Positions 1-9,032 of a DNA stretch of 64,000 bases are shown here, piece after piece. Origin of the DNA: Planctomycetota bacterium (GTDB lineage Bacteria; Planctomycetota; UBA1135; UBA2386); contig JBKAGP010000001.1 in NCBI GenBank assembly GCA_046290465.1, positions 3,040,001 through 3,104,000 on the forward strand, read 5' to 3'. Each line of letters opens with the position of its first letter. Positions within the stretch are counted from its first letter, which is position 1. Under the pieces are notes generated by a model, which was not told the DNA's origin, ran no database searches, and was given only the letters and a program-made list of their open reading frames with translations. The translations under genes were made by a program, and so were the position numbers.

Positions 1-240
1 GTTGGCGCCGTGCGCAGCATCGCCTCTTCGGGCGAGCCCTTCGGTTGGCACCGAGTGCGGGATGGCCCACCACCTGCCTGTGCCAACTTGATGCCAGGAA
101 TGCCCCCCGAACATGTCCTCAGGTGTCCGCATCGCGTTCACAAGTCGAGTCACGCGGTTCTTCCGAAGCCTCGTCAACATCCTCACTTGGCCGCGAATGA
201 CCTGCGACGTCCGCATCTGCCCGCGTAGCACCCGCCCGAG

Positions 241-285
241 TTCCCAAGCTGAGTGTCGTCGGTTCGATCCCGATCATCCGCTCCA
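241..285 (+). mobile_element. 3' half of tRNA-Gly(CCC); probable att site of a tRNA-integrated element located to the left
   Basis: TTCCCAA anticodon loop, GCTGA 3' stem, T-arm GTCGG-TTCGATC-CCGAT, acceptor strand CATCCGC, discriminator T, CCA. Upstream 236-240 (CCGAG) cannot pair with GCTGA and no D-arm or 5' acceptor strand is present. Confidence 0.8.
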
Positions 286-380
286 TTCTCGCATGGCGAA
301 TACAGTCCAGCATCTTGCGCCCCCGGTCGCCCCAACCTGCGCAACGCCGCAAGATTCGAGGAGAGCCCGACACAGCCTCA

Positions 381-3185
381 TCACCGACCCGAATCCGCAG
401 CCGCCCCCTCAAGCACTCCCGCAAGCCCACGCAACACCTCGGCCAGCACCGCAGCCGATTCGCGATCGGCCTCGATCACCAACCCTCCATCCGATCGCGG
501 CTGCACGCTGAGACCCGCGAGCAGACTGCGGACCCCGGCGAGTTCGAGGCCCGCGCGCTGGCTAGCGACCTCGGGCGCATCCACCCCCTCGTCCACGCCA
601 GCACCACCGGGCGGGGGCTCGCCGACGGAGCGGTCGGCCGCCTCGCGTCCGCGCCCGGTCGCAAGCCGCGCGTCCTTGTCCGCGTCGTCTTCCTCGGTGT
701 CCGCGGCAGCCCCCACACCCACGTCATCGACGAGCTTGCGCGCCGCACGGAGGAACCCGCCCCGCTCCTCGAACCGAACCTCATCGCTGTCGCCGTCGAA
801 CACCGCCGAGAACGCCGCCTGCTTGGTCCGCAGCGCACCTGCCATCCTGGTCTCGATGCTGCATTCACCGACGAGTGAGTAGACGTCGACCTTCTCGGTC
901 TGGCCAAGCCGCCAGACCCGGCCGACACGCTGCTCGAACACCGCCGGGTTCCACGGCAGGTCGAAGTGCACACAGCACGACGCGGCGCGCTGCAGGTTGA
1001 GCCCGACGCCGCCGGCGTCGGTGGCGAACAGGATCCGCGTTGCGGGGTCATCGTGGAACGCGACGATGTTCTCGTCGCGACGGCGCTGCGATTCCGCGCC
1101 CGTGAAGAACTTGCTCTGCACTCCGTGCTGCTGCAATGGCGCGGCGACGGCCCAGTCGGCCAGGCGCAGCGCGCGACGCCAGGCGCTGAACACCACCACC
1201 TTGCGCTCCTGCTCGACGACCAGTTCGTGCAGCAGCGCGCGCAGTTCGGCGAGCTTCGGCATCGCCAGGCTGTCGAGCAGCGCGCGGGTCGGCTGCGCCT
1301 TCTCGATGGCGGGCCACACCTCTTCAAACTCGAACTGGGCCATACCGTTGGCCAGGATCCGCTGCTCGGTGAACAGCATCATCAGCCTGAGGAACTCGGC
1401 GCGCGTCAGCGGCCGACGTTCGGCGCGAGAGAGAATCTGGACGATCGGCTGCGTGCGCTCGTCGTGTTCTTCCTGCTGGACCGCGGTCAGCGGCACATCG
1501 ATGCACGTATCGGTCCGCTCCGGCAGCTGCGATAGCACCTCCTGACGGCGGCGGCGCACCAGCACTGGCGCCAGGCGCTCGCGAAGCACGTCGAGGTTCT
1601 GCATGCCCTGACCGTCCGCCATCTGGTGATGCGGCAGCAACCGCCACATCGGCTGCAGCGGCCGACGGTCGAGCCACTCGAGGATCGAGTCGAGCTCCGA
1701 CAGACGGTTCTCGAACGGCGTCCCCGTCAGCACCAGACGAAACGGCACCTCGAGCTGCTTGATCGTGGCGGCGGTCTTCGTCTGCCAGTTCTTGATGCGT
1801 TGCGCCTCGTCGAGCAGCACGAGGTCGGCGTTCCACTCCTGCGCGATTTCGACGTCGCGCAGGACCTGCTCGTAGTTGACGACGAGGAAGCCCCGCTTCG
1901 TGCGGCGGTAGCAGGCCGCGCGCTCGTCGGGGCCTCCATCGACGACTTCGATCGGCAGGTCGCTGCACGCCTGCCACTCCCGCAGCCACTGCTGCTTGAG
2001 GGGCGCAGGCACGACGAGCAGGCCACGACGCACCGAGCCGTGATGGTGCAGGATGTGGCACGCCGCGATCGCCTGGGTCGTCTTGCCGAGCCCCATGTCG
2101 TCGGCGAGCAGCAGGCGCCCTGTCGCGAGGAAGCGCGCGACCCCGTCGCGCTGGAACGGATAGAGCTCGCGACGAAATCCGCGGGGGCGGGCCGGAGGCC
2201 GGGAGAGCGAGGCCAGGGCAGCTGCGGTCGTCAGGCGTTCCTGCTCGTCGGCGATCCAGCCGCAGAGTGCCGGGTCGTCGGTGCACGACCGAAGCCGGCA
2301 CACCAACTCCGAGCGCCGTCGCACATCGCCCGCATGTGCGGTGCGCAACCGCATGGGGTGCCCACCGGCGCCTGGTGCAAACGCTCGCCGCAGCTCGCGC
2401 CAAGGCGCAGCCGGCTTGCTCCCGCCCTGTGGCCAGTGCAGCTCGATCTGCATCATCCAGTCCCCGCAGCCGGTCAGCGGCTTGCACACCGACCAGCGCA
2501 GCTCCGGCTCGGTCCTCGACGGCAAGGGGTGCGCGCGGGCGCGGGCCAGCACCCGCTTGCGCTTGCTCAGGTCGGCGAGGACCGCGAGCACGTGCTTGCA
2601 CAACCCGAGCGAGTTGCCGCGAAAGTCCGGACAGTCACAGCTCGCCTCCAGCGGAACGAGCCGATAGAGCCGCGTCGTGTAGGGCCGCGGCGCCTGACGT
2701 GGACGCGCCGTGCGGTAGTCGCCAAACGCTCCGTTCGCCGGCCGCTCCCGAACGCGCAGCTTCTCACTGGCGGTGATCTGCATCCGCCGCTCCGTGGCCT
2801 GGGCCGCCGCCCGCAGGATCACGAATCCGGCTTCGCCGTGCAGCGCCATCATCAGGTCGGTGAGCAGGTCGCTCGGGATGCCGGACTTGCGGGACTTCAG
2901 CAGCGCAGCGACCCGGGCCCTTGCTTCCTCGCCAGCCGGGACCAGCTCGCGGCGCAAGGCAGCGGCATCCGAGGACGTGACAGTACGAGGCGGTTCGACC
3001 TCGCGGGCCACGGTTACATCTGAGTTCGGAAGCATGCGACCTGGATGGGGTCGAGACACGGTGCGGGAATCCGAGGTCCACGAGTGGTCCACCGACTGCC
3101 ACCACGTCGAATCGGAAGGGGCTCCTGCCCGCTCCTGCGCCGCCTTTCGGTGCAGGCCCCGCGGAAACCGATGCGACCGGGCCAT
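381..3185 (-). CDS. SWIM zinc-finger SNF2-family (SF2) ATPase/helicase; start may be 3035
   Basis: SWIM CDCPDF...LCKH; SNF2 motifs LLADDMGLGKT, DEAQRIKN, TGTPFEN, GGVGLNL, QRVGRVWRLGQ. Confidence 0.9.
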   Translation of the reverse strand: MARSHRFPRGLHRKAAQERAGAPSDSTWWQSVDHSWTSDSRTVSRPHPGRMLPNSDVTVAREVEPPRTVTSSDAAALRRELVPAGEEARARVAALLKSRKSGIPSDLLTDLMMALHGEAGFVILRAAAQATERRMQITASEKLRVRERPANGAFGDYRTARPRQAPRPYTTRLYRLVPLEASCDCPDFRGNSLGLCKHVLAVLADLSKRKRVLARARAHPLPSRTEPELRWSVCKPLTGCGDWMMQIELHWPQGGSKPAAPWRELRRAFAPGAGGHPMRLRTAHAGDVRRRSELVCRLRSCTDDPALCGWIADEQERLTTAAALASLSRPPARPRGFRRELYPFQRDGVARFLATGRLLLADDMGLGKTTQAIAACHILHHHGSVRRGLLVVPAPLKQQWLREWQACSDLPIEVVDGGPDERAACYRRTKRGFLVVNYEQVLRDVEIAQEWNADLVLLDEAQRIKNWQTKTAATIKQLEVPFRLVLTGTPFENRLSELDSILEWLDRRPLQPMWRLLPHHQMADGQGMQNLDVLRERLAPVLVRRRRQEVLSQLPERTDTCIDVPLTAVQQEEHDERTQPIVQILSRAERRPLTRAEFLRLMMLFTEQRILANGMAQFEFEEVWPAIEKAQPTRALLDSLAMPKLAELRALLHELVVEQERKVVVFSAWRRALRLADWAVAAPLQQHGVQSKFFTGAESQRRRDENIVAFHDDPATRILFATDAGGVGLNLQRAASCCVHFDLPWNPAVFEQRVGRVWRLGQTEKVDVYSLVGECSIETRMAGALRTKQAAFSAVFDGDSDEVRFEERGGFLRAARKLVDDVGVGAAADTEEDDADKDARLATGRGREAADRSVGEPPPGGAGVDEGVDAPEVASQRAGLELAGVRSLLAGLSVQPRSDGGLVIEADRESAAVLAEVLRGLAGVLEGAAADSGR

Positions 3186-3372
3186 GCTGCATCCGCGATC
3201 GCGTCAGGCCGACACGACCCGAGCAACGGACCCGATCACACGGACAGGGGACGGGCATCGCGATCTTTGGACCTTCGCTCGCGAGAGCAGCGCGCCGACT
3301 CCCGCGCGGGCCAGAACCAACCGACCAGCCCCTCACCCCACCGCACCCCCTTGCACCCGCGCACCAGATCCC

Positions 3373-4431
3373 ATGACATGCCCCCCGCCCACCAAGACCA
3401 CCCTCACCGTCGCGCTCCTCAGCCTGCTCCCCGCCTGCGCCCTCAGCGGACCCGGCACCGTCGGCAGCGACCGCTTCGACTACGTGTCCGCCATCGCGCG
3501 TTCGCAGGACCAGCAGCTGCTGCTCAACATCGTGCGCGCGCGCTACGCCGAGTCGCCGATGGTCGTCGACGTCGGCAGCGTCGTGTCGGGCTATGAGTTC
3601 GGGGGCAAGGGTGGGGCGACGTGGGCCAACGTCGGGCTCAGTTCGGACACGCTCGAGCTCGGCGTCGAAGGGCGGTGGCTGGAGCAGCCGACCATCACCT
3701 ACAAGCCGGTCACGGGGCGGCAGTTCGATCGCGTGCTGGTGACGCCGGTGCCGCCGGGTGCGGTGCTCTACTTCATGCAGGCGGGTTGGCCGGCGCAGAT
3801 GGTGCTGCGGATGGCCGTCGACAGCGTCAACGACCACCGCAACGGAACGTTCCTCGCGGGGCGCGGGCCGGCGGGGGACGCGATCTTCGATCGCATGATC
3901 GACGTGCTGACGCAGCGGCTGCACACCGGCTCGCTCGGGCTGCGGCTCGAGCGCGACGAGGACGGTGCCTACACGACGACGATGGCGCTGCTCGACGAAC
4001 GCATCCCACCCGAGGACCGACAGCAGGGGGCGCAGCTGCGGGAGAGCCTCGGCATCGCACCGGACCAGAACGCGTTTCCGATCGTCTACGGGCCGGCCGA
4101 CGGCAACCCGGCGACGATCAACGTGCTGACGCGGCCGCTGCTGCAGGTGCTCAACGAACTGTCGGCCGGCGTGCAGTTGCCCGACGACGACCGCGACCGT
4201 GCGCTCGCCGTCGACACGTCGCGCGACCAGCGGCCGCCGATCCGCATCGCCAGCGGCTCGAGCCGGCCGGGCGAGCGCGCGTTCGTGGCGGTGCAGTACC
4301 GCGGCCACTGGTTCTGGATCGACGACGACGACCTCGAGTCCAGGCAGGCGTTCGGGCTGCTGCTGGTGCTGTTCCACGTGATGGCCGGCGGCGACGCGGG
4401 GTTCGGGCCATCGCAGACGATCCCGACCTGA
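3373..4431 (+). CDS. Hypothetical lipoprotein
   Basis: ATG 3373 in frame of ORF 2773-4431; hydrophobic stretch ending in lipobox-like LLPAC; coding-like codon usage. Confidence 0.75.
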   Translation: MTCPPPTKTTLTVALLSLLPACALSGPGTVGSDRFDYVSAIARSQDQQLLLNIVRARYAESPMVVDVGSVVSGYEFGGKGGATWANVGLSSDTLELGVEGRWLEQPTITYKPVTGRQFDRVLVTPVPPGAVLYFMQAGWPAQMVLRMAVDSVNDHRNGTFLAGRGPAGDAIFDRMIDVLTQRLHTGSLGLRLERDEDGAYTTTMALLDERIPPEDRQQGAQLRESLGIAPDQNAFPIVYGPADGNPATINVLTRPLLQVLNELSAGVQLPDDDRDRALAVDTSRDQRPPIRIASGSSRPGERAFVAVQYRGHWFWIDDDDLESRQAFGLLLVLFHVMAGGDAGFGPSQTIPT

Positions 4432-4477
4432 GGCCGATCACCGCGCCACACCGCCCCCCGGTCGCACACCTCGGGGG

Positions 4478-5785
4478 GTGCCCACACTCCGACCAACGAT
4501 CCGCTTCCACCGGGGCCTGGCCCTCGTCGACGGCTGGCCCGCGCGGCTGGCGACACCGTCCGGCGCGCACCGCGACGGCGCGCGACTCCGCGCCCCCGCA
4601 CGGCTTCGCCATCGCCTGCGCCACGCGCTCGCCCTCGCGGGTGTCCCCTATCGCGACGAGACCAACGCCGCGTCGCCGGCTGCGGCCGCGGCCGGCGGCT
4701 CGGCGCACGCGACCCCACCGGGCCTCGCCCAGGCGCTGCGAACGTCCCGGCACCGCGGCATCCTGATCGGCCAGTCCGAGACGACGTGCGCCGCCGTCGC
4801 CCGGCTGCTGACGCAGCTCACGTCGGCGCCTCCGCTGACCGTCACGCCGGACACCGCGACCGCGCACCGCTGGCAGGCGCGGCCGGATCTGCCCGACCAG
4901 GCCGAACTCGCAAGCGCGACGATCCTCACCATCCAGCGCGCCGCGCGCGACATGCACTGGCTCGGCGGCCGCCACGACACGGTGCTGGTCGACGGCCCGG
5001 AACGCATGCCGGCGACGCTGCTCGACCCGGCGCTCGACCAGTGCGCGGCGCTGGCGCGGATCGGCTTCGCAGGTTCGATGCCGGCGCGCGACGCGGAGCG
5101 CTGGTGCACGCGCATCGGACCGGTGCTCGCGGTCGCCGCTCCGCCGAGCATGCCGCACGGCGCCTCCCTGCTGGTGCCGCTGCCGCCCGAGGCGGAGCGG
5201 CACTACCACGAGGCGTGGAGCACGTTCCTCGGCGCGTTCGACCGCTTCGTCGCGGCGCGCGGCGACGCCGGCTTCGGCACGTTCCTGGCGCAGGCGCGCA
5301 AGGACCCGCTGCAGCGGCCGGCGGTGCACGCGTGGCACGAGGCGATCCGGTGCGCGGCGTGGCACGAGCACAAGGCGCTCGTCGTCGACGACCTGCTGCA
5401 CCGCCACGCCGACCGCCGCGTGCTGCTGTTCACCCCCGATCGCAACAGCGCCTACGAGCTGTCGCGACGCCACCTGATCCCGGCGCTGACCTCCGAGCTG
5501 CCGCTGCGAGAACGCGCCGCACTGCTCGACGCGTATGCCGACGGCACGGTGCGCGCGCTCGCCGGGCCCAAGCTGCTCGACAGCGGCGTCGCCGAGCGCA
5601 GCGCCGATGTCGGCATCCTGGTCGGCGGCGGCTTCGGGCCGGCACAGCGGGCCAGTCGCTGCCGGCGGGTGCGCGCCGACGGGATCGTGTTCGAACTGCT
5701 CTCCCAGGACACGCTGGAGGTCGGGCGTGCGCATCGATGGCATCACGCGGCTGCCGGCACGGCTGCTGTCGTTCACCAGCGCTGA
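4478..5785 (+). CDS. XPB/Rad25-like SF2 helicase homolog with degenerate ATPase motifs
   Basis: Collinear with bacterial XPB-like helicases (RVLLFT, LIPALT..PLRERAALL, LLDSGV, VFELLSQDT.E). Motif I reads GQSETT, II DGPER, III AGS, VI QRASRCRR. Lies directly upstream of DUF790. Confidence 0.75.
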   Translation: MPTLRPTIRFHRGLALVDGWPARLATPSGAHRDGARLRAPARLRHRLRHALALAGVPYRDETNAASPAAAAAGGSAHATPPGLAQALRTSRHRGILIGQSETTCAAVARLLTQLTSAPPLTVTPDTATAHRWQARPDLPDQAELASATILTIQRAARDMHWLGGRHDTVLVDGPERMPATLLDPALDQCAALARIGFAGSMPARDAERWCTRIGPVLAVAAPPSMPHGASLLVPLPPEAERHYHEAWSTFLGAFDRFVAARGDAGFGTFLAQARKDPLQRPAVHAWHEAIRCAAWHEHKALVVDDLLHRHADRRVLLFTPDRNSAYELSRRHLIPALTSELPLRERAALLDAYADGTVRALAGPKLLDSGVAERSADVGILVGGGFGPAQRASRCRRVRADGIVFELLSQDTLEVGRAHRWHHAAAGTAAVVHQR

Positions 5786-6923
5786 CGGCGAACTGGTGCC
5801 GACGTGGTTCGGCGACCGCGATCGGCCGTGGCTGCGCGACCTGCTCCACGACGCCGAGGCGCTGGCGGGGCAGCCGTTCGAAGTGTGGCGTCGACGATGG
5901 GCGCGCGGCGATCCCGACCCGCGCGCAGGCCGCACCCGGCAGCGCATCGCCGTGCACGTGCTCGCCGCGTGGCTCAAGCGCCGCTCGCGCACGCCGCCGC
6001 GGTCGGAGCTGCGACGCACGCTGTTCGAGCTGGGCGCCAGCGGCGTGCCACGCGAGGCCGCGCTCGCCGAGACCGCGAAGCGCCACGGCACGACGGTCGC
6101 GGCGCTGCAGCGGGATCTCTACCGCGACCTGCCCGACCAGCGCCCGGTCGCCTGGCCGTCGACGCCGCCCGACGCCGGCGCGTTCGCCGCCGCGATCAAC
6201 CTGGCGCTCGTGCGCGGCATGCTGCACGGCAGCGACCACGTCGCGATCACCGTGCGCGGCGGCTCGCGCGCGCTGCTGCGCACCGCGTGGCTGCTCGGCA
6301 TGAACGTGCAGGTCGACGGCCGTCGTGACGATCGCAGCCGGATCGTCTGGCCCAGCCCGGCGCCCAGCCCGACGACCAGCGCGACGACCAGCGCGGCAAC
6401 CAGCCCGTCGGCCAGCGCGGCGCGGCGCGGCCCGCTGTCGCTGGTCGCGATGCTGCCGTGGTGCCATCGCTACCGCCTGCAGGCGCGGTGCACGATCGGC
6501 GGCGCGCGCGGCCGGTTGGTCGTGAGCAGCGGCGACCCGATCCAGCCCGGCCCCGAGCCGCGGCGCTTCGACAGCAACCTCGAACGTCGCTTCGACCAGG
6601 CGTTTCGTCGCGAGTATCCGGAGTGGCGCGTGGTGCGAGAACCGTGCGCCGTGCCCACCGCGCACGGCCTGGCGTTTCCGGACTTCTCGCTGCAGGCGCC
6701 AGGGCACGAGCCGTGGCTGTGCGAGATCGCCGGCCTGCGCGATCCGCTGGCGCGCGCGGCCAAGCTGGCGCTGCTGCCGGCGTGCCCGCGGCTGGTGCTG
6801 TGCCTGCCGCGCGCGGCGATGGACGACCGGCTGCGTGCGCACCCGCGGGTCGTGCCGTTCGGGCGCAGCGTCGATGCGCGCAAGGTCGCGGAGGTGGTGC
6901 GGCGCGGCTCGCGCGAGGCGTGA
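5727..6923 (+). CDS. Bax1/DUF790 family PD-(D/E)XK endonuclease
   Basis: GTG 5727 with GGAGG at 5716-5720; LPARLL N-terminus, LYRDL, NLALVRGML, FDSNLERRF, WRVVREP...FPDF...EIAG. Confidence 0.85.
   Translation: MRIDGITRLPARLLSFTSADGELVPTWFGDRDRPWLRDLLHDAEALAGQPFEVWRRRWARGDPDPRAGRTRQRIAVHVLAAWLKRRSRTPPRSELRRTLFELGASGVPREAALAETAKRHGTTVAALQRDLYRDLPDQRPVAWPSTPPDAGAFAAAINLALVRGMLHGSDHVAITVRGGSRALLRTAWLLGMNVQVDGRRDDRSRIVWPSPAPSPTTSATTSAATSPSASAARRGPLSLVAMLPWCHRYRLQARCTIGGARGRLVVSSGDPIQPGPEPRRFDSNLERRFDQAFRREYPEWRVVREPCAVPTAHGLAFPDFSLQAPGHEPWLCEIAGLRDPLARAAKLALLPACPRLVLCLPRAAMDDRLRAHPRVVPFGRSVDARKVAEVVRRGSREA
6352..6423 (+). repeat. In-frame 12-bp tandem repeat x6 (CCAGC[C/G]CGnCnn) inside the Bax1 gene
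   Basis: ccagcccggcgc/ccagcccgacga/ccagcgcgacga/ccagcgcggcaa/ccagcccgtcgg/ccagcgcggcgc. Confidence 0.8.
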
Positions 6924-7011
6924 TCGACGCGCGGACCGCCGCCGCCTGACCGGCCCGGACGCCACGACGCCGGCCCCTGCGAGGCGATCGCCCATCGGCT
7001 ACGCTCGCCGC

Positions 7012-7908
7012 GTGCCGCCCCTTCGCCGTCCACGCCGCGCTGCGCCAACCGCCGCCCCGGGCGCGTGGATCTGCGCGCTGTTTGCAGCCAGCGCCGCCTG
7101 CTCCACGTGGATCCCGGCGCACTCCCCCACGTTCGAGAGCGACGAGACCGTGCAGCGGCGGCACTACCGGGCCACCATCGCCGACGGCCGCGACGTCGAG
7201 GTGTCGTATCTGCGTTCGGGCAACGCCGAGGCCCAGCGCGTCATCTTCGTGCACGGCACCCCGGGGCAGGCGACGGCGTGGCTCGCGTTCTTGCGCGACG
7301 ATCCGCAGCAGCTCGAACACGTGGCGCTCGACCGGCCCGGCTTCGGCGCGACGCGGCCGCTGCAGGAGGTGACGTCGCTGCGGCAGCAGGCCGCGGCGAT
7401 CGAGCCGCTGCTGCAACCGCGCAACGGCCGCTGGCCGATCCTGGTCGGGCACTCTCTCGGCGGGCCGATCGTCGCGGCGGTCGCGGCCTACTACCCCGAC
7501 AAGGTCGACGGCATCGTGATCGCGGCGGGCTCGATCGATCCGGACCAGGAGGACCTCTACCTCGCGCAGTTCCTGGGCGAGGAGCCGCCGTTCGTGTGGC
7601 TGGTGCCGACGCCGCTGCGCCACGCCAACCGCGAAGTGCTCGAGCTCGAGACCGAACTGGTGATGCTCGGCCACGACCTCGACCGGATCCGCTGCCGGAC
7701 GATCATCGTGCACGGCACCGACGACGCCCTCGTGCCGTACGGCAACGTCGCCTACATGCAGGACAAGCTCGTGCGCACGGAGGAGCTGCAGCTGGTCCGG
7801 CTCGAGGGCGGCGACCACTTCCTGCCGTGGAACGCGCAGGACGTGCTGCGCGACGCGGTCGCCCGGCTGGTCGCGCAGGACCTCGGACCGACGGATCCGT
7901 TCCGCTAG
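7012..7908 (+). CDS. Alpha/beta fold hydrolase; start approximate
   Basis: FVHGTPG, DRPGFG, nucleophile GHSLGG, HGTDD, GGDH. Confidence 0.88.
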   Translation: MPPLRRPRRAAPTAAPGAWICALFAASAACSTWIPAHSPTFESDETVQRRHYRATIADGRDVEVSYLRSGNAEAQRVIFVHGTPGQATAWLAFLRDDPQQLEHVALDRPGFGATRPLQEVTSLRQQAAAIEPLLQPRNGRWPILVGHSLGGPIVAAVAAYYPDKVDGIVIAAGSIDPDQEDLYLAQFLGEEPPFVWLVPTPLRHANREVLELETELVMLGHDLDRIRCRTIIVHGTDDALVPYGNVAYMQDKLVRTEELQLVRLEGGDHFLPWNAQDVLRDAVARLVAQDLGPTDPFR

Positions 7909-8022
7909 GAGCGCGTCCATGCAGTGGACGCGCTGCCGACCGTGATCGCGGAAGCGGCGTGTACGCGTGCGGGCGGGGCTTTGCCCGCTACGAGCGCGTC
8001 CAGGTAGTGGACGCGCTCCTAG
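7905..8022. repeat. REP/MITE-like element copy 1 (hairpin-spacer-hairpin, 15-bp terminal inverted repeats)
   Basis: CTAGGAGCGCGTCCA ... TGGACGCGCTCCTAG; first 83 bp match 63161-63243 at 78/83 positions. Confidence 0.85.
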
Positions 8023-8129
8023 CCGGGGGCCGGCGGCCGTTCACGTTGGCGACGACGCGCGGCGGGTCGGTCGCGAGGTGGCGCGCTGGTCGGAGTGGTC
8101 TGCTCCCGGAGCCAGACGATCGGAACCAA

Positions 8130-9026
8130 CTATCGGACCGTCGGGTCGTTGGGGGTTGGTTTGGTGGCGTTGGGGAAGGTCTCGGGGACGGGGGTGGTGA
8201 CCTTGCCGGTTGCGGCCCATTCGGCGCCGCGGACCAGGGTGACCTGGAAGGCGAGGCACTTCATCGCGGTGGCGTCGTGGCCGAGTGCGGTGTGGAAGCA
8301 GCGGCCCGTGCCGAAGTCGATGGCCATCAGCAGCGGTTCGTGCTCGCCGCTGCCGCCGGTCTTCTTGTCGGAGAACGCGGTGGCCAGCACGGTCAGGTTC
8401 TCGGCCGGCCCGCGCAGGCGGTCGTAGAGTTCGTCGGCGCAGTGCAGGAAGCGCGGCGGCAGGCCCTTGGTGATCGGGTGTCCGGCATCGCGCACGTCGA
8501 GCACGAACTCGTGCCGACGGCCGTGCGAGCCGCCGCGGCCGGGCCCCGTGTCGCGCACGATCTTGCCGTCGCGCCAACGCACGTAGGGTCCCGACTTCTC
8601 GTTGCGGCGCCCCCAGCCGCCGACGCCGATCATCAGGTTGTAGTCCTTCCAGTTGGGGAACGCGTTGTCGGCGGCGTGCACGGACACGAAGCCGCCGCCA
8701 CCGCGCACGAACCCGGCGAACGCCTCGCGCGCGGCCTTCGGCCACAGCTGGCCGTTGTAGTTGGAGACGACGACGTCGTAGTCGGAGAACTTCGGCGCGA
8801 ACGCCGCGATCTCCTCCTTGCGAGATGGCGAGGTCGCGACGTCGACGACGAACCGCTCGCTGTTCTCGAGCGTCGCGCGCAGCAGCGGCGTGGTCCGCCG
8901 CCAGTCGTGGTTGTTCTGGCCGTCGACGATCAGCGCCTTCAGGCGCTTTGGCGCCGCGTCCTGCGCGACCACCAGGGACGCCGCGACCAGCGCGACCGAC
9001 AACGAACGGAGCAGACGGTGCATCAT
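8130..9026 (-). CDS. Secreted ThuA-like (class I glutamine amidotransferase-like) protein
   Basis: Signal peptide; [35 protein letters not shown]. Confidence 0.85.
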   Translation of the reverse strand: MMHRLLRSLSVALVAASLVVAQDAAPKRLKALIVDGQNNHDWRRTTPLLRATLENSERFVVDVATSPSRKEEIAAFAPKFSDYDVVVSNYNGQLWPKAAREAFAGFVRGGGGFVSVHAADNAFPNWKDYNLMIGVGGWGRRNEKSGPYVRWRDGKIVRDTGPGRGGSHGRRHEFVLDVRDAGHPITKGLPPRFLHCADELYDRLRGPAENLTVLATAFSDKKTGGSGEHEPLLMAIDFGTGRCFHTALGHDATAMKCLAFQVTLVRGAEWAATGKVTTPVPETFPNATKPTPNDPTVR

Positions 9027-9032
9027 GGGTTC

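Noticed and set aside
200..285. Complete tRNA-Gly gene
   Set aside because: No D-arm, 5' anticodon stem or GCGGATG acceptor strand upstream; only the 3' half is present.
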